Shown here: in pieces, positions 9,878-19,801 of the stretch
How the letters are laid out: each line of letters opens with the position of its first letter
Numbering within the stretch: position 1 is the first letter of the stretch
DNA from: Oligoflexia bacterium
GTDB taxonomy: Bacteria; Bdellovibrionota; UBA1018
Assembly (NCBI GenBank): GCA_963758495.1
Contig: CAVWVI010000001.1
Coordinates: 352,001-416,000 of the forward strand
Length of the DNA stretch: 64,000 nt
Direction of reading: 5' to 3'
Position numbers and translations under genes: made by a program
The notes under the pieces: model-generated
The model's database searches: none
What the model was told of the DNA's origin: nothing
Seen by the model: only the letters and a program-made list of their open reading frames with translations

Positions 9878-12800
9878 CTAACGAAGGTGCCTTGGATGTT
9901 CTCCAGGACTAATGGTTTTGGACCGTCCTTCTAAATGGGAGGCTGTATCAAAAGTTGTAACAAACCCTACGAGGAGTGAAAGACTATTTCCTCTTCGGTC
10001 AATTTTTCCTTTCACAATCAAAAGTCGTGAATTCCGAATGATATTCACAAACCGTTCGTAGACATGTTTGAAAAAGATAAGATCTATAGAACCAACTTCA
10101 TCTTCCAATGTCATGAATGCCACCCCTTTGGCAGTGGGTGGTCGTTGCAAAACCATCACAATCCCCGCATAAGTCACGCTAGCTCCATGCCGAGTTGCTT
10201 TTATTTCAGTACTTGTCATCTGAGGAAGAGATGGATTCACAGATCGGATCCCTTTCATTACATTGCCCCGCAAAGAATATCCTAAGCCACGATAGTCCTC
10301 GGTGATTCCTTCATAGAGAGTCATCGATTCAAAAACCTGATCTTGCGATATTAGGTCTGGCCCACTCCCTTGAAAAAGACTGAGTTGCTGAGCATTCTTT
10401 TGTTCAAAAAGGTTTCTCAATTCAATTGATTTCCAAAAGCTGTGTCGTTGATCCAGCCCAAAGGAGGCAAAAACATCTAACATTGCCATTGTTTCAATTA
10501 CTTCTCTTGAAAAATGAGTCCTTCTCAAGAAGTCATAAATGCTTTGAAAGGGAGCTTGCGTGCGCTCTTGAACCATATATTCAAAGTCTCTTTTCCTAAT
10601 CCCATGAATATTTCTGAAGCCCATTCTTACAGTCATAGTTTCGGTACGGGTCGCATCCCAGCTGGAGAGATTAGGATGAATAGGAAGAACTTTTACTCCG
10701 TGTCGAATTGCATCATGGATCAAAACATCGATTGGATAAAAACCCATGGGCTGTGCGTTGATGAGACCGATGAGAAGTTCCGTGGGATGATAGAACTTAA
10801 GCCATGCTGAAAGATAACTGAGGATTGCAAACGATGCAGCGTGAGACTCTGGAAAACCATAGGCTGAAAAGCCCTTCATATAACCAAATAATTCTTTGGC
10901 CCTCCCTTCTGACATTCCACCAGCAATCAGACCTTTGTAAAATCGTATACTCAAGGCATCAACTGCCTCGGCCGATCTCCAGGCTGCAATCGCTCGCCGA
11001 AGTTGATCCGCTTCTCCTGGAGAAAACCCTGCCTTGTCGATTGCAAGCTTCATGACTTGTTCTTGAAAAATTGGAATTCCGTAGGTGCGACCCAATATCT
11101 TTTCAGTAGCAGCGTCTTCAAATAGATAAGGCGTTCCCCTCTTTGCATCCTCCCTTCTCTTGATATAAGGATTTTTCATTTCACCGACGTTTGGTCCAGG
11201 TCTGACTAATGCCACTTCAACAACTAAGTCATAAAAACATTCTGGTTTAGTCACTCCCAATGTCGTAATTTGGGCACGGGACTCAATTTGAAACGTACCG
11301 ATCGTGTCTCCTCGTTGCATCATTCCGTATACTTTTTGATCATCTTCTTGAGGAATTTCAGAAAAATGAATTCCAATAAGATCACAAGCTTTATGAATAG
11401 CTGAAAGAAAACCTAAACTTAAAACATCAATTTTGATGAGCTTGAGAGTATCTAGGTCATTCTTATCCCACTGACAAATAGTCCTATTTTGCATTCGGGC
11501 TGGCTCTACTGGTACAGTATCGATAATAGGATTAGCCGATAATGTAAAACCACAAGCGTGAATTGAAAGATGTCTTGGAAATCCTTTCAGCTCAGAAGTA
11601 AGTTGTTCAATTTTCTCTCTTTTGCTGATTAGTTCTCCAGCATGTTGCTCAAAGTCCCTTTCTAATTCAGCGGCTGAGATCGTTCCAATAGGAACGCCCA
11701 CCGCCTTACTCATTTCAAGAAATGCACTTCTTCGACGAAAGGTCCTCACCGCAGAGATCATTGCAGCGCGATCTCGACCATACTTGTTATAAATGTACTG
11801 GATGACCTCCTCTCTTCTTTCATGTTCAAAGTCCACATCAATGTCAGGAGGTTCGCCGCGATTTTCACTAATAAATCGTTCAAATAAAAGATTTGATTTA
11901 ACAGGATCAATGACCGTGATTCCAAGGCAATAGCAGATCACCGAATTAGCCGCAGATCCTCGACCCTGACAGTAAATATTGCTTTTCTTGGCGAAATCAA
12001 CAATGTCATAAACAGTAAGAAAGTAATCTGCATAATCCATTTTTTTTGTCAGCATGAATTCATGCAGAATTTGCTTCTCTACCTCAATAGGTATTGCTCC
12101 CTTATAGCGCTCATGAGCGCCTTGCCAGACCAGTTCCTCTAAATACATTTGAGCCGTATAATCTTGAGGAATCCATTCTGAAGGATATTGATAGGAAAGC
12201 TCGGAGAGAGAAAATGTACAGCTTTCTGCAATATCCAACGATGCCTGAATTGCATCGGGCAGATCTCGAAAGAGTGAACGCATTTGTAAAGGAGACTTAA
12301 GGTATCTTTCTTCATTTGGAAACAGCTTGAAGCCAGCACTTTTCAAAGTGACTCCCTCGCGAACACAAGTCAGAGCATCTTGAAGAGATCTTCTCTCAGG
12401 CACATGATAGTGAACATCATTGGTAGCAACTATTTTCAAATGCCATTCTCTAGCCCTCGCTAAAGTAAATTCAGTTCGATGATCATCAAGTCCGTCCAGA
12501 TACCGAGCGAGGCTGAGATAGAATCGGCTTCCAAAAATTTCTTTAAGAAGAGAATAATTTGTCCGATTCGACGCTCGACACAGACAAATAAGTCCCGCTG
12601 CTCCATCCATTTTCATGAAGAAAATCAATTCGGGTAGGGTCAATTCTCCTTTACCCTTTTCTTTTCCACGATGTGCGGTTGTAATCATTCTGCACATCAA
12701 TCCGTATGCGGAACGATCACGAGCAAGCAGAGTGAGAGGAGAATGTTCACGAATGATCAGTTCACAGCCAGAAATAAGTTTGATCTTAGGAAACTGCCTG

Positions 12801-12958
12801 AGCGCTTCATACGCTCGTGGTAATGCATAAACCCCATTCACGTCAGTCAGTGCTATAGAGGGAATTCCAAGCTCCGATGCACGCTGCATGTACTCGGCAG
12901 CTTCTGAAGCTCCTCGAAGGAAAGAGAAATTTGTTTTACACTGGAGTTCGGCGTACAT
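9878..12958 (-). CDS. dnaE2: Error-prone DNA polymerase III alpha subunit DnaE2
   Basis: YAELQCKTNFSFLRGAS PHP start, GRGSAANS, PPDIDVDFEH, YGFPESHAASFA; lies downstream of imuB. ATG at 12958 follows GAGG. Confidence 0.95.
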   Translation of the reverse strand: MYAELQCKTNFSFLRGASEAAEYMQRASELGIPSIALTDVNGVYALPRAYEALRQFPKIKLISGCELIIREHSPLTLLARDRSAYGLMCRMITTAHRGKEKGKGELTLPELIFFMKMDGAAGLICLCRASNRTNYSLLKEIFGSRFYLSLARYLDGLDDHRTEFTLARAREWHLKIVATNDVHYHVPERRSLQDALTCVREGVTLKSAGFKLFPNEERYLKSPLQMRSLFRDLPDAIQASLDIAESCTFSLSELSYQYPSEWIPQDYTAQMYLEELVWQGAHERYKGAIPIEVEKQILHEFMLTKKMDYADYFLTVYDIVDFAKKSNIYCQGRGSAANSVICYCLGITVIDPVKSNLLFERFISENRGEPPDIDVDFEHERREEVIQYIYNKYGRDRAAMISAVRTFRRRSAFLEMSKAVGVPIGTISAAELERDFEQHAGELISKREKIEQLTSELKGFPRHLSIHACGFTLSANPIIDTVPVEPARMQNRTICQWDKNDLDTLKLIKIDVLSLGFLSAIHKACDLIGIHFSEIPQEDDQKVYGMMQRGDTIGTFQIESRAQITTLGVTKPECFYDLVVEVALVRPGPNVGEMKNPYIKRREDAKRGTPYLFEDAATEKILGRTYGIPIFQEQVMKLAIDKAGFSPGEADQLRRAIAAWRSAEAVDALSIRFYKGLIAGGMSEGRAKELFGYMKGFSAYGFPESHAASFAILSYLSAWLKFYHPTELLIGLINAQPMGFYPIDVLIHDAIRHGVKVLPIHPNLSSWDATRTETMTVRMGFRNIHGIRKRDFEYMVQERTQAPFQSIYDFLRRTHFSREVIETMAMLDVFASFGLDQRHSFWKSIELRNLFEQKNAQQLSLFQGSGPDLISQDQVFESMTLYEGITEDYRGLGYSLRGNVMKGIRSVNPSLPQMTSTEIKATRHGASVTYAGIVMVLQRPPTAKGVAFMTLEDEVGSIDLIFFKHVYERFVNIIRNSRLLIVKGKIDRRGNSLSLLVGFVTTFDTASHLEGRSKTISPGEHPRHLR

Positions 12959-12967
12959 TGACAAACC

Positions 12968-14278
12968 TCATTCAAAATAGCCGTGAACAAAGTAATGGTG
13001 CCCAGGATCAGAGAAAATCCAGAGCGCTCGGCCACCTACTAGCTCTACTCGATAATAATTACGAGCAGGGACATCATCCAGCCAATCAAGCGAAAGACGT
13101 TCCACCTTCGACCATCGAACTGATTTGAATGCCTTTCCTTTGAAGACAATTCTATCTTGAATCACCGATACAGGAATAGGAGATTTAAAAATGCGGGTAG
13201 GCCTACGAGGATACTTATCTTTTAAATCGACTTGTAGGCAGTCTCTTTGATTAATTTTTTCCCAACTCTTTTCTGGGAATCTCTCTTCGGTGGTTTTAGC
13301 CCAGAAAACCCTATCTCTTCCCAAATATTCTTGTAACTGTCCAAATAATGATCCCATTGCCTCATCAAAGACTTCTTTTGAATGAAAGAAATTACGCTGA
13401 GCACTTTGCCCTACAGTTGTAGAAAGAACATCACAAGTCATAGCAGTGACGAAAGACTCAATAGGAGTTCTACAAAGATCCGCATTTAACCTTTCTCTCA
13501 GTATGGGAAGAAATCTTGAGGTTGACCCCTGAGGAGTAATGAACTCAAAACTCCACTCTCGAATTGAGTTTTTCACAGTAGAATATTTTTCTAACTCCAT
13601 GGAAAAGCGAATTCTTTCAGCGCGCAACACACGTCCGCGAAGTCTGCTAAAAAGACGATCCAATATTTCCTTCGCCTTAAAGAGAAGCGGCTCAATTTCG
13701 GAACAATATTCGGATGGAAGAAGTTCGATTCTTTCTATAAAGGTTTCAGGGGGTTTCCAATAGGGCCAAGGAATGTCAGCGGCACCCTCAATCCTCTGTC
13801 TACAATAGAGTCCAAGACCTCCGAATCTAGATGGAATACTTGAAATTGGAATTGATTTAAATTTAAGAATCGTATGAATTCCCAATCTCTTCAAAGACTC
13901 AATCATCTTTAGAATCGATTTTCGTCCCAATGGGTCGCTACCAAAAGGATCACCAAAATCATCCAGGGACTCTATAGGAAGTTGATCGACAGGAAGTTGA
14001 TCGACGCAATGAACCTGATATCGCGCCAAAGCCAAAGAAGAGGGAATATCACCTGAAATTGCAATTTTGCCACCTATATTAAATCGCCGTAGAAGGACTT
14101 GCATTCTAGCAATAAAGGAATTTTCTGAGTAAAGAGAGCTACATTTGCTAATTTCAATAAAAACTATATTGGGTTCACGTAATGCAATTTGGGGACTAAA
14201 CCGCAGACATGCTTCAGCGAACTCCAAAAGACTCGAATGATCGATTGCCTTAGAAAGTAAAATACACGCCACTCTCAT
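12968..14278 (-). CDS. imuB: ImuB (inactive Y-family polymerase-like protein)
   Basis: RFSPQIA motif, C-terminal ER...W...RNYYRVE...LWIF...HGYFE; sits between imuA and dnaE2. Confidence 0.88.
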   Translation of the reverse strand: MRVACILLSKAIDHSSLLEFAEACLRFSPQIALREPNIVFIEISKCSSLYSENSFIARMQVLLRRFNIGGKIAISGDIPSSLALARYQVHCVDQLPVDQLPIESLDDFGDPFGSDPLGRKSILKMIESLKRLGIHTILKFKSIPISSIPSRFGGLGLYCRQRIEGAADIPWPYWKPPETFIERIELLPSEYCSEIEPLLFKAKEILDRLFSRLRGRVLRAERIRFSMELEKYSTVKNSIREWSFEFITPQGSTSRFLPILRERLNADLCRTPIESFVTAMTCDVLSTTVGQSAQRNFFHSKEVFDEAMGSLFGQLQEYLGRDRVFWAKTTEERFPEKSWEKINQRDCLQVDLKDKYPRRPTRIFKSPIPVSVIQDRIVFKGKAFKSVRWSKVERLSLDWLDDVPARNYYRVELVGGRALWIFSDPGHHYFVHGYFE

Positions 14279-14829
14279 AGAGCTTCCGATTGAGAGAACT
14301 TAGTTTTCAAAATTTCAACAGTATATGCACTTGCGTGATCGTTCCAGTTCACTTTAATTTGAAAGGGAATGGCCCAAGTATGCTTCGGAATTTTTGAGAG
14401 AAAAAAAACGGCTGCATTTGATTCCCGAGCAAAGAGCTGAAGGGCCTTTAACATCTTCACCTCTGTTATAGCTCCTGGTAGGACGATACAGTCGAATAAC
14501 TTACTCCGTAGAGCTTTTCTAAGAGCTTGGAAAAGTTTGTCTCCTGCCTCGGCTATCAGGACGTGAGAAAGCGCTACTCCTCGCTGATGAATCGCTGTAG
14601 GAAGGATAGTTAATTGATCTTCAACCCAGAAAGTATTTATGTTCGGATTTTGCTTCAATAAGCTAAGAGTCCACTCAGTTCGCGCAGAACCAATGACTTC
14701 ACAAATAACTCCTCGTGGAACACCGCTAGTAACTGTGTCACAAATAAGGAATTCCCTTTTTTCTATTCCTTTCAATTGACTCAGCTTTTCTCGGATTTCA
14801 ATTAGATTTGGGCGCTCCTTTCTATCCAT
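14275..14829 (-). CDS. imuA: ImuA-like (degenerate RecA-fold) protein
   Basis: GVPRGVICEVIG and ALRS..FDCIVL RecA/SulA-like segments; position in the cassette. Confidence 0.75.
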   Translation of the reverse strand: MDRKERPNLIEIREKLSQLKGIEKREFLICDTVTSGVPRGVICEVIGSARTEWTLSLLKQNPNINTFWVEDQLTILPTAIHQRGVALSHVLIAEAGDKLFQALRKALRSKLFDCIVLPGAITEVKMLKALQLFARESNAAVFFLSKIPKHTWAIPFQIKVNWNDHASAYTVEILKTKFSQSEAL

Positions 14830-14838
14830 AGCTTCTTC

Positions 14839-15459
14839 TTAGATTACCCTTCGAATCACTCCCGCAACAATTCCTTCAATTTGAAAAGATTGTTTTGGAC
14901 CCACAATAATTGGGCGATAGTCAGGATTAGCTGGATGAAGCTCAATGGTTCCTTTTTTAGGATAAAACCGTTTTACTGTGGCAGCATCATTCACTAAAGC
15001 CACAACCATCTGCCCACGTTCAGCAGTCCTTTGTTTTTTGACAATGACGAAATCGCCGTGAAGAATTCCATCTTCGATCATAGAATTTCCCATGACTTCG
15101 AGAACAAAATGCACACCTCGCTTCACCATCGAAGCCGGTACTTCAATCTGATCTTGAGTTTCAATCGCTTCGATAGGTCTACCTGCAGCTACCCGCCCCA
15201 AAAGAGGAAGGGTTAAACCTAATGCTGCCCTCGGCTTTAGAGGGTTTACCGAAAGACCACGCCTCGCATGAGGAGTGTTCTCTAAGAGCCCCTCATCTCT
15301 AAGACGAACCAAGTAATCCTGAACGGTACCGAGCGATCGGTAGCCAAAATGCTTTGCAATCTCTGCTTGAGAAGGAGCAAAATCATTCTCTACACGAAAG
15401 TCCGTGATGAAATCTAATATAGCCTTCTGTTTTGGTGTAAGCGGCATACCGGAATACAT
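14839..15459 (-). CDS. lexA: SOS repressor LexA
   Basis: LTPKQ..ILDFI winged HTH, VAAG cleavage site, catalytic Ser (GNSM) and Lys (TVKR). Start is 15459 or 15447. Confidence 0.96.
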   Translation of the reverse strand: MYSGMPLTPKQKAILDFITDFRVENDFAPSQAEIAKHFGYRSLGTVQDYLVRLRDEGLLENTPHARRGLSVNPLKPRAALGLTLPLLGRVAAGRPIEAIETQDQIEVPASMVKRGVHFVLEVMGNSMIEDGILHGDFVIVKKQRTAERGQMVVALVNDAATVKRFYPKKGTIELHPANPDYRPIIVGPKQSFQIEGIVAGVIRRVI

Positions 15460-15478
15460 AACCGTAACTTTACCGTAA
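15459..15478. promoter_or_regulatory. Candidate LexA operator (TAACCGTAA and TTACCGTAA, 11-bp period)
   Basis: TTAC-N-GTAA palindrome plus a one-mismatch copy abutting the lexA start, in the lexA/SRAP divergent gap. Confidence 0.4.
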
Positions 15479-15598
15479 GTCGAGCAACTTAATCCTGACC
15501 ATCAAAATCAATTTTAATTTAAAATGAATTTTTCCTGAAATTACGTTAACTTTCAAAAATAAGTACAAGCGCGTTAAAGTGAAAATCGAGGATAGAAA

Positions 15599-16567
15599 AT
15601 GTGCTACTCAGCGATGGTTCAGCAGCATCTCAAGCAACTCAGTTTCAAGTTCAATGCTAGAATTGATTATAGTGCTTTCACTGAACTATTTGAATCCAGA
15701 CTCAAAGGGAACAAAATTACCGTTCCTAAAGCTCTGGAATTCAATTTCACTCACGACCCGCAATTGCCAGAAGAAAGAAAAATACGCGATCTCATTGTTG
15801 AGTACAACAACCAGCAACAAAGCAAGGACGAGCAGGAACTATTTAAACAACAAAAGCGGCTGACAGCTGCAAAGCACACAATTGAAAATAAACCGACTAA
15901 AAAAGCAATAGAAGAGCAAAGAATCGCGACTCATAAAATTGAATGGTACAAAGAAAGAATAAAAAAAAGAAAATCCCCATCCTTGATTGAAACCGATTCT
16001 CGTATCTTTCCCCTGTGTTTCGCTCCCGTGATCCGATCAAAAGATAATGAACTTATTATTGAACCCCGACGGTATTTACTACGACCTAGAGGCCAGCCAG
16101 AATCCTTTGATCGAAAGTACAACGGATGCTACAACGCTCGTGAAGACAGCCTAGAAAAAGTATTTTTCTGGAAAAATCTATTCGGTAAAAATCACGCAAT
16201 GATGGTTATTACAGAATTCTTCGAAAATGTTCCCGAGTACCTCTATCAGAAACGAGAACTAAAAACAGGAGAAGAAGAGAAAAACCTCATTCTTCGATTT
16301 CAACCTCGAGGAATAAAAGAAATGTATATTCCATGTGTATTTGATGATTGGGAAGAAAAAGATAAATGGGACTTACATTCCTTTGCACTCATTACCACAA
16401 ATCCTCCCCCTGAAATTGCAGCTACTGGGCACAATCGATGCCCAATCTTTTTACAGGACAAAAATATTATTCCTTGGCTAAACCCAGCTAATAAGTCCAT
16501 GAAAGATTTGCATGCGATTCTAAGTGAAAAACAAACGCCATTTTATGAGCATGCTCTCGTTGCTTGA
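15599..16567 (+). CDS. SOS response-associated peptidase (SRAP/HMCES/YedK family) with a coiled-coil insert
   Basis: N-terminal MC, YNAR.D.L, FFE, SFALIT...H.RCP; divergent from lexA. Confidence 0.88.
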   Translation: MCYSAMVQQHLKQLSFKFNARIDYSAFTELFESRLKGNKITVPKALEFNFTHDPQLPEERKIRDLIVEYNNQQQSKDEQELFKQQKRLTAAKHTIENKPTKKAIEEQRIATHKIEWYKERIKKRKSPSLIETDSRIFPLCFAPVIRSKDNELIIEPRRYLLRPRGQPESFDRKYNGCYNAREDSLEKVFFWKNLFGKNHAMMVITEFFENVPEYLYQKRELKTGEEEKNLILRFQPRGIKEMYIPCVFDDWEEKDKWDLHSFALITTNPPPEIAATGHNRCPIFLQDKNIIPWLNPANKSMKDLHAILSEKQTPFYEHALVA

Positions 16568-16640
16568 GGTGGCATTTTATTCGGGCTACTATTTTTAGTC
16601 TCGATAATCACACTTATTGTCTATAAAATCCCTACGCAAC

Positions 16641-16975
16641 ATGGGTTCCCGAAGAGTGTTTAAAAGGGATACGTTCAAAGAGTGCAGGATTGCCTTCATA
16701 TAAACAAGGAAGATATTGCTGCTGCATATGTAAGTGAGTGTCTATCTGAAAGAGGTAAAGATAGAAGTAAAATACTTTTAGCCGCTCTCATGAATGTTGC
16801 AAAGGCACAGGGCATTAGCAACCTTTCTAAAGGTTCTGAATCAAAACGTCGTATGATTTACAAAGCACTACCTGAAGATGCTAATCCAAGCGTTGCAACT
16901 CTTGAAGCCATTCTGGAATGATATGGGACTTACTTTGGGAGTAATGCCTCTAAAAAATACTGGCAATTTGCTGTG
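16641..16975 (+). pseudogene. Frameshifted addiction-module antidote (HI1420-type HTH antitoxin)
   Basis: AAYVSECL...LLAALMNVAKAQGISNLS......R.MIYKAL....NPSVATLEAIL; continues in another frame as DMGLTLGVMPL. Confidence 0.7.
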
Positions 16976-17106
16976 ACCATAGAGATGATGACTAGATCTA
17001 AATCCTTTGAAAAATGCGTCACACCTAAAACGAGCGCAGGACGTTTTTTTTCACTCTTAAGATTTGTAAATGGGAATTTAACGAGAACGATATCTCCTGC
17101 ATTCAC
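16930..17106 (-). pseudogene. Truncated PemK/MazF-family toxin (58 aa, below the ORF-track cutoff)
   Basis: GTG-start frame reads MNAGDIVLVKFPFTNLKSEKKRPALVL...VIISMVT, then runs into the antitoxin remnant. Confidence 0.8.
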
Positions 17107-17332
17107 TTTAAAAAGAAATATACTCGATCATTCGCCCCTTGACTCATTCAATCTCACTCATTATTGAGCCTCAACACCTCGCAAATGTTCCCACGGAGCC
17201 CCCCCTACACTCTCTCAGGCTACTCGAACGGTAGTGTGACTTCCGTTTTAACGTAAGTTATATCTTGAGACTCTTAATAATTCATCGATATCTAGGGAAG
17301 AACATCTTGCGATACTGCCAGAAACTGAAGTA

Positions 17333-17348
17333 CGGCACCGTGTTTGCT
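17333..17348 (+). promoter_or_regulatory. Candidate sigma-54 (-24/-12) promoter of the sulfatase
   Basis: CGGCAC-CGTGT-TTGCT with exact GG-N10-GC spacing, 13 bp before the ATG. Confidence 0.45.
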
Positions 17349-17361
17349 ATTCTCGTGAATC

Positions 17362-19776
17362 ATGCGTTTAAAGAATCAGTTTAAGAAAGTAAACTCCACT
17401 GCTACGACACAACCGCAGCTAGAAGAAAATACAAAATGGGGCACTTCCCTCCCCCCCCAAGACATCCTGCCATTTCCACCCACTCCGTCCGCCAGCATAG
17501 CTGGCCGCACTATGCAGGAGTCAGTCTACAAAAAGCGCATTGAGCCACAACGACTTCCAGCCGATGCGCCCAATATCCTGATTGTGTTGATCGATGATGC
17601 CGGTCCAGGGCTGCCGTCACCGCTGGGAGGTGAAATCCATACTCCGACATTGGAACGGATTCTCAAGACAGGGGTAGGCTACAACAGATTTCATACTACC
17701 GCCATGTGTTCTCCTACACGAGCATCGTTGTTGAGCGGCCGTAATCATCATGCCGTTAGCGCAGGTCAGATTGCGGAGTTCGCCAACGACTTCGATGCAT
17801 ACAGTGGCATCCAACCCAAGAGCGCCGCCATGATTCCGGAGATACTCAAGAACTATGGCTATAGTACGGGCGCCTGGGGCAAGTGGCACAACACGCCAGC
17901 TAATCAAACTACTGCGACCGGCCCTTTTGACTATTGGCCCACGGGCTATGGTTTCGAGTATTTTTATGGTTTTCTGGGTGCCGAATCCTCTCAGTATGAA
18001 CCCAACTTGTACCGTAACACATCAATAGTAGCTCCACCCAAGACACCCGCGGAAGGCTATCATCTCAGTGAAGATCTTGCGAATAATGCGATCGCCTGGC
18101 TCCAGCAACACAGAGCCCTCCAGCCCAAAAAGCCTTTTTTTATGTATTGGGCAAGTGGTGCGGTTCACGGTCCTCATCATATTTGGAATCATTGGGCCGA
18201 CAAGTACAAGGGCAAGTTTGATTCAGGTTGGGACGAGTATCGTGAACGTGTCTTGAAAAAGGCGAAAGAAAAAGGGTGGATTCCGCAAAACGCACAGCTC
18301 ACGCCGCGTCCTCCGACAATGCCATCTTGGGACAGCATCCCAGAATCTCAAAAACCTTTCCAACGTCGCTTGATGGAAGTGTTTGCCGGATTTTGCGAAC
18401 ACGTTGATACTCAAGTAGGCCGGGTCGTGGATGAAGTGGAGCGGTTGGGCTACGGTGATAACACACTCATTTTTTATATTTGGGGTGACAATGGCTCCTC
18501 AGCCGAAGGACAGAACGGCACGATCTCTGAACTGCTGACAGAAAATGGAATTTCCACTACAATCGAGCAGCATCTTGAGGCTCTCGAAAAACTGGGAGGC
18601 CTCAACGCCCTGGGTACTCCTAAAACAGACAATATGTATCACGCCTGTTGGGCCTGGGCAGGCAGCACGCCTTATAAATCGACAAAGCTCATAGCAGCAC
18701 ATTTCGGCGGCACGCGAAATCCGATGATCGTGCGTTGGCCATCCAAGATTAAACCCGATGCCTCGCCGCGCACTCAGTTTCATCATTGCATTGATATCGC
18801 TCCCACTCTCTACGAAATTCTCGGAATTACTCCTCCACGAGTGGTCAACGGAATCCCTCAAGACAAGATCCATGGAGTGAGCCTCGCCTATTCTCTCAAC
18901 AATCCGACGGCCGAAGGCCGCCTGATGAGCCAATACTTTGAAATCATGGGGAGCCGTGGAATCTATCATAACGGTTGGTTTGCTTCCGCATTTGGACCGC
19001 GCATCCCTTGGATTCCAGGCGTCTCAGGTAACATCAAGAACTGGACACCGGACTCGGATCCATGGGAACTCTATAACCTAGAAGAAGATTGGTCTCAGGC
19101 CAATGATCTCGCAGCGCAGATGCCAGAAAAACTGGCGCAAATGAAAGAGCTTTTTACCATCGAGTTCGCCCGGAATAACGCCTATCCTGTTGGTGGTGGC
19201 CTTTGGGTCCTATTACATCCCGAGGATCTCATCTCTTCTCCCTCTCTGGAATGGACGTTTTCTGGAAAAATCACTCGTATCCCGGAAATCGCGGCACCCA
19301 AGCTCGGCAATACACCAAATATCGTTACCATTGATGCCGAGATCCCCAACAACACACACGGCGTACTTTATGCTCTCGGAGGGTTCGGTGGTGGACTCAC
19401 TTGCTACATGGACGATGGATATCTAGCGTATGAATATAATTTATTTATGATTCAACGAACCAAACTTCGCTCGGCTCAGCGTCTGCCACACGGTAAGGTC
19501 AGAATTGAAATTAAAACAACGATGCCCGAGCTTCGCCCTGGCGGACCACTTGAAATCACAATTAAGGCCAACGGTACCATCGTTGTAAAAGGCCAGGTGC
19601 CTGCTTCAGTGCCCCTCATCTTTTCCACGGACTGCTTCGATATAGGTATATGTCAGGGTTCGCCGGTCTCTGAAGACTATTTTGACAGAGCTCCATTTGA
19701 ATTTAATGGCACAATAGATCAAGTCCACATTCAATATGTAAGCGCCGGCGAGAAGCAACTGACGGAAGCGGCATAA
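17362..19776 (+). CDS. Arylsulfatase (formylglycine-dependent) with a C-terminal beta domain
   Basis: PNILIVLIDD, CSPTRASLLSGR (CxPxR), GKWH, GDNG. Confidence 0.93.
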   Translation: MRLKNQFKKVNSTATTQPQLEENTKWGTSLPPQDILPFPPTPSASIAGRTMQESVYKKRIEPQRLPADAPNILIVLIDDAGPGLPSPLGGEIHTPTLERILKTGVGYNRFHTTAMCSPTRASLLSGRNHHAVSAGQIAEFANDFDAYSGIQPKSAAMIPEILKNYGYSTGAWGKWHNTPANQTTATGPFDYWPTGYGFEYFYGFLGAESSQYEPNLYRNTSIVAPPKTPAEGYHLSEDLANNAIAWLQQHRALQPKKPFFMYWASGAVHGPHHIWNHWADKYKGKFDSGWDEYRERVLKKAKEKGWIPQNAQLTPRPPTMPSWDSIPESQKPFQRRLMEVFAGFCEHVDTQVGRVVDEVERLGYGDNTLIFYIWGDNGSSAEGQNGTISELLTENGISTTIEQHLEALEKLGGLNALGTPKTDNMYHACWAWAGSTPYKSTKLIAAHFGGTRNPMIVRWPSKIKPDASPRTQFHHCIDIAPTLYEILGITPPRVVNGIPQDKIHGVSLAYSLNNPTAEGRLMSQYFEIMGSRGIYHNGWFASAFGPRIPWIPGVSGNIKNWTPDSDPWELYNLEEDWSQANDLAAQMPEKLAQMKELFTIEFARNNAYPVGGGLWVLLHPEDLISSPSLEWTFSGKITRIPEIAAPKLGNTPNIVTIDAEIPNNTHGVLYALGGFGGGLTCYMDDGYLAYEYNLFMIQRTKLRSAQRLPHGKVRIEIKTTMPELRPGGPLEITIKANGTIVVKGQVPASVPLIFSTDCFDIGICQGSPVSEDYFDRAPFEFNGTIDQVHIQYVSAGEKQLTEAA

Positions 19777-19801
19777 TTTCGGCTTCAAATGGTGCTGCCA
19801 C

